NCBI GenBank assembly: GCA_036649035.1
Contig: JAVWCK010000001.1
Location: 4,856 to 68,855, forward strand
Length of the DNA: 64,000 nt
Reading direction: 5' to 3'
Origin: Raoultibacter sp.
Lineage (GTDB): Bacteria; Actinomycetota; Coriobacteriia; Coriobacteriales; Eggerthellaceae
Part shown: piece after piece, positions 57,246-64,000 of the stretch
Position numbering within the stretch: the first letter of the stretch is position 1
Layout: each line of letters begins with the position of its first letter
Position numbers and translations under genes: made by a program
Notes under the pieces: model-generated
The model's database searches: none
What the model was told of the DNA's origin: nothing
The model's input: the letters and a program-made list of their open reading frames with translations, nothing else

Positions 57246-57611
57246 ATGGGGAAAACGGTAATCATCACCGACGCGCAAGGAAACCAGCTGTTTCGCCAGG
57301 GTCACATCATGAGCACCCTGCCGCAACGCGTCATCGGGCTCATGGGAAGACGCAGCATCAGCGCTTGTGCCGCCTATGTGTTCCCCCGCTGCTCTTCGGT
57401 GCACACCTGCTTCATGCGCGTGCCTATCGACGTCGTGTTCCTCGACAGCACCCTGCGCGTGCTCGCCGTCGAAACCCTACACCCTTGGCACGTCTCACAA
57501 TGCGTGCCCGGCACGAAAACAATAGTTGAACTCGCCGCCCATGGTGCCGCAGCGCAGCACCTCGATTCAGGAACAACGCTTTGCTGGAAAAGAAAATCTA
57601 GCAAGGGGTAA
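57246..57611 (+). CDS. DUF192 family protein
   Basis: 121 aa. The FMRVPIDVVFLDSTLRVLAV block matches the DUF192 (COG1430) core. It is the last gene of the Tad cluster. Confidence 0.8.
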   Translation: MGKTVIITDAQGNQLFRQGHIMSTLPQRVIGLMGRRSISACAAYVFPRCSSVHTCFMRVPIDVVFLDSTLRVLAVETLHPWHVSQCVPGTKTIVELAAHGAAAQHLDSGTTLCWKRKSSKG

Positions 57612-57617
57612 AAGGGT

Positions 57618-57660
57618 GCAAACAGGACGACGACCCGAAAAAGGTCGTCGTCCTGTTTGC
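57618..57660. terminator. bidirectional terminator hairpin between the Tad locus and the HD hydrolase gene
   Basis: GCAAACAGGACGACGACC, a 7-nt loop, then GGTCGTCGTCCTGTTTGC. This is an 18-bp perfect stem. Confidence 0.85.
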
Positions 57661-57669
57661 GTAAAAAGA

Positions 57670-58272
57670 CTATTCGGCAATAAACGTGTCTTTATCGGGC
57701 GCAAACGACTGCATGGCCTTGATGGTACGGTCAAACAGTTCATCAAGCTCCCAACCGAGCATGGTCGCCCCTTGGGCGATAACGTCGCGGGAACACCCCG
57801 CAGCAAACCGTTTGTCCTTGAACTTCTTCTTGAGCGACTTCACGTTGAAATCCATCACGGATCCCGAAGGGCGCATCTTGATAGCGGCACCGATCAATCC
57901 GGTCAGCTCATCGGTGGCAAAGAGTACTTTTTCCATCTGCGCTTCCGGCTCAGGACACGCATCGTTGAAATCGGAATTATGGGTTTGAATGGCGTGAATA
58001 AGTTCTTCAGTGCCCCCAGCTGCCTGGATGATTTCGGCTCCCTTGATGGTGTGATCTTCGGCAGTAGGATACTCTTCCCAATCAACATCGTGCAAAAGCC
58101 CCACGATGCCCCAAAATTCAAGATTCTCAGGATCGAATTCAGCAGCATAGAAACGCAGGGTACCTTCGACCGCTTCGCCATGCTCCATATGAAATGGATC
58201 CTTATTATGATGCGCAAGCAGCGCATACGCTTCATCGCGTGTCAAACCTGCCTCGAGTTTCGCCATAATCAA
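57670..58272 (-). CDS. HD-superfamily hydrolase (COG2316-like)
   Basis: 200 aa. It has FWGIVGLLHDVDWEEYP (the HD motif), IHAIQTHN and the LFATDELTGLI blocks. Confidence 0.85.
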   Translation of the reverse strand: MIMAKLEAGLTRDEAYALLAHHNKDPFHMEHGEAVEGTLRFYAAEFDPENLEFWGIVGLLHDVDWEEYPTAEDHTIKGAEIIQAAGGTEELIHAIQTHNSDFNDACPEPEAQMEKVLFATDELTGLIGAAIKMRPSGSVMDFNVKSLKKKFKDKRFAAGCSRDVIAQGATMLGWELDELFDRTIKAMQSFAPDKDTFIAE

Positions 58273-58331
58273 ATCCCTTTCTTTTCATAAGAGCCTATCC
58301 TCGATCGCACCCTTCGCGCAATCGAGCTTTC

Positions 58332-59195
58332 TTAAAATGAAATACCCAACAAAGTTACCATCAGACCCCACACCACACCGATGCTATAGAGACCCAACAA
58401 GATGGCAAGATTTTCACGTACATTACGATTTGTGCGAAACAGCACCAACAGGCCAACGCCCGCCGAAACCAAAAGACCCGCCATCATCGCTCCCGCACCC
58501 AACGTGCCCTCAAGATAGAGCTCGGTTATCACGACACTTGCCGCACAGTTCGGAATCAGCCCAACCAAGGCAGAAGCAAACACCGAAAACAGCGGCTGTG
58601 CGGCCACGAAAGAAGCGATGGCCTCTTCACCCACGAACTCAACCACCCCACCGATAAGCAAAGAAAGCAAGAAGATGAACAGCGTTACTTGCAGGGTATG
58701 CTTACAGGTGCTCTTGAAAATACCGTCTTCGCAATCGCAGTGTTCCTGCTCGCACAGTTCATGAATATGCATTTTATTATCGCCGGAACGCCGCGCTATG
58801 CGCAAGACGGCATCGAGAGCAAACCCCATGATGAGCCCGATAAGCAACTTCAGACCAAGAATTTTGAGGATAACCGAAAGGTCAACCTGCTCAGCGATAA
58901 AGATCGGCAGCATTTCGTCGGAAGTCGAAAGAAAGACCGCAAACAGCGTACCCAAAGTGATAACGCGACCAGCGTACAGCGTAGCAGCTGCCGCCGAAAA
59001 CCCGCACTGGGGAAACACCCCTAGAATCGCGCCGAGAGCAGGACCCGAGGTGCCTGCACGCTTGATCGCCCCCGCGGCCTTATCCCCCGCTTTGTGCTCA
59101 AGGGCTTCCATGGCCAGATAGGTAACGAACAAAAACGGCAAGAGCTTAAGCGTGTCGATAAGTGCATCGCTCAATATGCTTATAAAAATTTCCAT
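58332..59195 (-). CDS. ArsP_2 (DUF2899) family permease, annotated in related genomes as a putative metal or manganese transporter
   Basis: Multi-TM ORF. The N-terminus MEIFISILSDALIDTLKLLPFLFVTYLAMEALEH and a central CEQEHCDCEDG Cys/His/acidic loop fit this family. The track ORF starts 27 nt further upstream at a GTG (59222). The start is uncertain. Confidence 0.65.
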   Translation of the reverse strand: MEIFISILSDALIDTLKLLPFLFVTYLAMEALEHKAGDKAAGAIKRAGTSGPALGAILGVFPQCGFSAAAATLYAGRVITLGTLFAVFLSTSDEMLPIFIAEQVDLSVILKILGLKLLIGLIMGFALDAVLRIARRSGDNKMHIHELCEQEHCDCEDGIFKSTCKHTLQVTLFIFLLSLLIGGVVEFVGEEAIASFVAAQPLFSVFASALVGLIPNCAASVVITELYLEGTLGAGAMMAGLLVSAGVGLLVLFRTNRNVRENLAILLGLYSIGVVWGLMVTLLGISF

Positions 59196-59271
59196 AACCT
59201 TATTGTACTTCAAACCACTCACAGCAAAAGTGATTCAAGCAAGCCTCCGCTTTCTCATCATGTTCGCCCAC

Positions 59272-59299
59272 AAAAAAGCGGCAGCCCGAAGGCTGCCGC
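59272..59299 (-). terminator. intrinsic terminator (groEL terminator and/or attenuator of the downstream permease leader)
   Basis: GCGGCAGCC, loop TTCG, then GGCTGCCGC followed by TTTTTT on the minus strand. It lies about 205 nt downstream of the groEL stop and about 77 nt upstream of the permease ATG. Confidence 0.8.
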
Positions 59300-59503
59300 C
59301 GCATAAATCCAACACGAAGCATCGTGACAATCAAGCTATCACACGCTGTCGCAGGTTAACCCAACAACGGCAAAGACCGACACGTGGTGGTGCAATTCCC
59401 CTTGAAAGCCTAAGGAGCCTGAAGCAACCGCACCCTAGGTGCGCCTTCGAAAGCAACGAAAACCAAAACCAGGGATCCGCAACAGCACGCCATCAGGCTG
59501 TTG

Positions 59504-61144
<1,641 letters not shown>

Positions 61145-61191
61145 CTATCCCTTTCACTCAAACAGGTTCAGTTAAACGTTAGAATGGATAT

Positions 61192-61479
61192 TTATGCGTA
61201 GATTGCGTAAATGTCATCAGCACGCAAAATCAAAACGGTTTCCCCGTCAGCTTCTATTTCAGTACCGCCAAATTTGCCGTAAATCACACGGTCGCCTTCT
61301 TTGACCGGCATCGGAAGAGCTTGCCCGTCTTTGCCGATCTTGCCGCCCCCTACTGCCAAAACCGTGCCGCTCTGCGGCTTTTCTTTAGCTTCGGTGGCCA
61401 GATACAGGCCTGATGCGGTTGTTTCTTCGGCTTCATCTTGCTTGACGATGATGCGATCACCAACTGGCTTCAAATTCAT
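61192..61479 (-). CDS. groS: co-chaperonin GroES
   Basis: 95 aa, with MNLKPVGDRIIVK and the mobile loop EETTASGLYL. Confidence 0.98.
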   Translation of the reverse strand: MNLKPVGDRIIVKQDEAEETTASGLYLATEAKEKPQSGTVLAVGGGKIGKDGQALPMPVKEGDRVIYGKFGGTEIEADGETVLILRADDIYAIYA

Positions 61480-61563
61480 TGCAAAACCTTCCTTTCGACA
61501 GTTTGATTCTTTGTTCTACCTACTCTGTTTCCCGCTTCTGCTGTCAACTCCCCGTGGGGAGTG

Positions 61564-61590
61564 CTAGCACTCTAATAACTTGAGTGCTAA
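61564..61590. promoter_or_regulatory. CIRCE operator (HrcA binding site) upstream of groES
   Basis: CTAGCACTC-N9-GAGTGCTAA matches the CIRCE consensus TTAGCACTC-N9-GAGTGCTAA at 17 of 18 positions. It lies 85 nt upstream of the groES start. Confidence 0.9.
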
Positions 61591-61644
61591 GCGATGGAAA
61601 ACATGATACCAGCTAGAAAATCGAATACAAGTAGGCGGATAAAA

Positions 61645-61674
61645 AATATATATCGAGTCACCCCGTGGTACCAA
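61645..61674 (-). promoter_or_regulatory. candidate sigma-70-type promoter for groES-groEL
   Basis: Minus-strand TTGGTA, a 17-18 nt spacer, then TATATT/ATATAT. It lies about 50 nt upstream of CIRCE. This is by eye only. Confidence 0.3.
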
Positions 61675-61770
61675 ACTGTTATCTTGCAAGAAAACCCTAC
61701 GCACCGCAAAAGGCTCACTTTGACCGCCGGGAAAAAAGAGCCCCGACGCAATAACGTGAACTATCACCCA

Positions 61771-62571
61771 CTACGATCCGGCAATCACCAATCCGTTCTC
61801 GTAGGCCAATACCACCAGCTGCGCACGGTCATGGGCACCCAATTTCGCCATGATACGGGCAGTATGCGTTTTGACGGTTGCGGGCGAGATAAAAAGCTTG
61901 CTTGCAATTTCGCCATTGGTCAAACCGCGTGCAACCATACCGAGAATCTCCCGCTCACGTTCGGTCAACGATCCGAGTACCCCGGTAGACAAGCGGCGAT
62001 TTGGACGCGATTTCACAAAGGTTTCCACCAGGCGGCGGGTAATCGAAGGTTCGATAAGCGCATCACCTGCCGCAACGATCTCGATAGCCCGGAAAATTTC
62101 ATCGGGCTCGGAATCCTTCAACATGAAGCCACTCGCTCCTGCCGAAAGAGCATCGTAGACATACTCATCGATATCGAACGTTGTCAAAATCAGCACCCGC
62201 GTTGCCCTCAGCGTCGGATCTTCGGTTATTTCGCGCGTTGCCTCTATGCCGTTTTCAACCGGCATGCGGATATCCATCAACACCACGTCGGGTTGTGTCT
62301 TGCGAACGCATTCAACCGCCTGGCGACCATCACTGGCCTCTCCCACCACCACAAGGTTTTCGTATGACGAAAGTATCAAGCGAAACCCGCTGCGCACCAA
62401 ATCCTGGTCATCAGCTATCACGACGCGCAACACCCGTTTAGCGCCCCCCTGAACTTCAGCCCGCCGCACCGCTTCCGCACTCTGCTGGCGCAGACGGGTT
62501 TGCCCCTCACGGGAAGGATGTGCGGGCATCCCCCCACCGATCAGCACTTCTTCATGAGGCTTTTCCATCAT
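61771..62571 (-). CDS. NarL/LuxR-family response regulator
   Basis: It has a receiver domain (RVVIADDQDLVR ... VVLMDIRMP) and a LuxR HTH (LTEREREILGMVARGLTNGEIASKLFISPATVKTHTARIMAKL). The first 40 or so residues may be upstream of the true start. Confidence 0.9.
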   Translation of the reverse strand: MMEKPHEEVLIGGGMPAHPSREGQTRLRQQSAEAVRRAEVQGGAKRVLRVVIADDQDLVRSGFRLILSSYENLVVVGEASDGRQAVECVRKTQPDVVLMDIRMPVENGIEATREITEDPTLRATRVLILTTFDIDEYVYDALSAGASGFMLKDSEPDEIFRAIEIVAAGDALIEPSITRRLVETFVKSRPNRRLSTGVLGSLTEREREILGMVARGLTNGEIASKLFISPATVKTHTARIMAKLGAHDRAQLVVLAYENGLVIAGS

Positions 62572-63830
62572 GCGTCCTTTTCCGTCAGGGGTATTTCCAC
62601 CCGAATGGCAAATCCCTTATCATCGCGGTTAAGGCACGTAAGCGTACCCTTTAAAAGACGGACGCGCTCCTGCATGCCTTGAATGCCGTGACCCCCGCCG
62701 CCTTCATCAGGGGCTTCCGTCCTACCACAACCGTCATCTTCTATAAGCAAGCCGACGATGCACGCATCGCTCCACAGCTTGATAGTCACTTCGTTTGCGC
62801 GGGCATGGCGTACGATATTCGTCGCTGCTTCGCGCGCAATGCCGAACAGGGCAACATCGATATAGGCAGGCACCTGCGTTTTGTCGAAACACGAATCATC
62901 GAACGAAACAGCGAGAGAGGCTTCCCGCAGATAGGTAACAATATCACCCAAGCGATCAGTACGCTGCGTGGGAGCCGTTTCAGCAGCACATCCCCCTTCG
63001 CGCAGCACCCCGACCATCGACCTCATTTCCTCAAGCGCTCCCTTGGCGGTTTTACGCACAATAGCGATGGCTTCCTTGGCCGCTTCAGGGTTTGTATCAA
63101 TCATCCGCTGCGCTACCGCGGCCTGGATGCTGACTGCCGAAAGCGAATGAGCCGTAATGTCATGAATTTCGCGAGCAATGCGCACCCGTTCCTCCTCAAC
63201 GCGACGTGCGGCCTCTTCTTCGCGACTTTTCTCAGCCTCACGAACCCGCTGTTCTGTGGCTTCCAAGTAATCGCGATACACCTTCAGCACGCAGCCCGCA
63301 AGAGCCGCGACCACAAGCGAAGTGATGTTTTGCAGGCGGACCAAGGTGGCAAGACTTTCGTTGAGCGCTGGAGCGACCACAACAACAAGACCGCCAATGC
63401 CAAGAAACGTCGCCGCAAGGGTTTCCCCTCGAGAACGTTCATTCGCAAGAGTAAAAAGAGCAATCAGGGGACCGGCAATGGTCAAAGAATAACCGCGCAT
63501 ACTCTCCTGCAAACCCAAAAACGAAACCATAATGAAGACGAAAACCGGCCACGAAAAGCTCCGACGCAAAGCCAAAGGAAACGTGATCAGCGCCAAGCCA
63601 ACAAAGGCAGAAAAGCTGGGAGCAATATTGACATAGCCGATCATGCTGCGAAATCCCTCATCGTGGACCATGATCGACGTCGAGGTAAGCAAGAGCTGCG
63701 CCACGCCGAAGAGGAAAACAGCACCGGCCAACGCGCAGTCGAACGCCCACTGTTGCGCAGTTAGACGCGTATCGTTTACAAGAAAACTATTCATGTCCCC
63801 ATAGTAGGGGAACACCCCGAAACGCGCCAT
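62568..63830 (-). CDS. HisKA_3-type sensor histidine kinase with about 5 N-terminal TM helices
   Basis: 420 aa. It has the H-box REIHDITAHSLSAV and the HATPase N/G boxes (NIVRHARANEV, DDGCG, GHGIQGMQERV). It overlaps the regulator gene by 4 nt. Confidence 0.9.
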   Translation of the reverse strand: MARFGVFPYYGDMNSFLVNDTRLTAQQWAFDCALAGAVFLFGVAQLLLTSTSIMVHDEGFRSMIGYVNIAPSFSAFVGLALITFPLALRRSFSWPVFVFIMVSFLGLQESMRGYSLTIAGPLIALFTLANERSRGETLAATFLGIGGLVVVVAPALNESLATLVRLQNITSLVVAALAGCVLKVYRDYLEATEQRVREAEKSREEEAARRVEEERVRIAREIHDITAHSLSAVSIQAAVAQRMIDTNPEAAKEAIAIVRKTAKGALEEMRSMVGVLREGGCAAETAPTQRTDRLGDIVTYLREASLAVSFDDSCFDKTQVPAYIDVALFGIAREAATNIVRHARANEVTIKLWSDACIVGLLIEDDGCGRTEAPDEGGGGHGIQGMQERVRLLKGTLTCLNRDDKGFAIRVEIPLTEKDA

Positions 63831-64000
63831 ACGCTACGCAGGGTATTTAAGAGGGAAACCGATACCGAAACAGATATCCTAGCGCGCGTCGCGAAGCGCT
63901 TCGAGCTTGGCGCGCACGGAGGGATCGATGCGTGCGGCCACGGTGTTTTTCGGCGCGACGGCGGGCGTTTCGTCCAACGCCACCTCTTCGCCCAGAGCGC

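Noticed and set aside
61517-61547. Second possible groES promoter: perfect TTGACA on the minus strand (61542-61547), downstream of CIRCE.
   Set aside because: No acceptable -10 hexamer lies at 16-19 nt spacing (only AGTAGG/TAGGTA). It would also leave CIRCE upstream of the transcription start, which is atypical.
63879-64000. Open minus-strand reading frame ending at the TAG at 63879-63881 (…AARIDPSVRAKLEALRDAR) and running off the window.
   Set aside because: Only about 40 codons are visible and there is no diagnostic motif. It is probably the 3' end of a real gene, but it cannot be identified or supported from this fragment.

Overview
The window is a chromosomal segment from a fairly GC-rich Gram-positive anaerobe. 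I infer Actinomycetota, probably Coriobacteriia or Eggerthellaceae-like. The inference rests on gene content only: a sortase, a secretin-less Tad locus, several Tat-exported molybdopterin reductase modules, and a membrane-embedded LuxR regulator.

Content from left to right:
- purM (fragment), purF and a sortase.
- A polyphosphate cluster: two-domain ppk2, divergent ppx and ppk1.
- A candidate structured RNA followed by an AT-rich spacer.
- An MFS transporter, lysC and asd.
- A PLC-like protein and a TRIC channel.
- PiT and DUF47 phosphate uptake genes.
- A five-gene Tat-ferredoxin / TorD / Psr-like molybdopterin / FeS / NrfD operon, divergent from a long AOR-family (YdhV-like) gene.
- folC, nfnAB, a PfoR-like permease, corA, udg and alr.
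- A membrane LuxR regulator divergent from a dmsA-dmsB, hairpin, dmsB'-dmsC locus.
- moaB, moeA, an AKR-FeS protein and eno.
- ecfT and the tail of the ribosomal alpha operon: infA, rpmJ, rpsM, rpsK, rpsD, rpoA, rplQ.
- tRNA-Lys and tRNA-Gln.
- An 11-gene Tad/Flp pilus locus.
- An HD hydrolase and an ArsP_2-type permease behind a long leader.
- groES-groEL with a CIRCE operator, then a NarL-type two-component pair.

I saw no CRISPR array, rRNA, transposase, integrase or recognisable defence system.

The most interesting items are:
- a 163-nt nested-helix element whose G.U pairs are strand-specific;
- a natural Cys-to-Ser change at the position known to convert a DmsB cluster to 3Fe-4S, in one of two tandem dmsB paralogs;
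- the AOR / Tat-ferredoxin / molybdopterin supercluster;
- a PPK1 with a long disordered tail ending in an amphipathic helix;
- a TadZ-less Tad locus headed by an uncharacterised secreted protein;
- a terminator-containing leader in front of a putative metal permease.

All functional calls come from reading the translated ORFs and recognising motifs. No database search was run.
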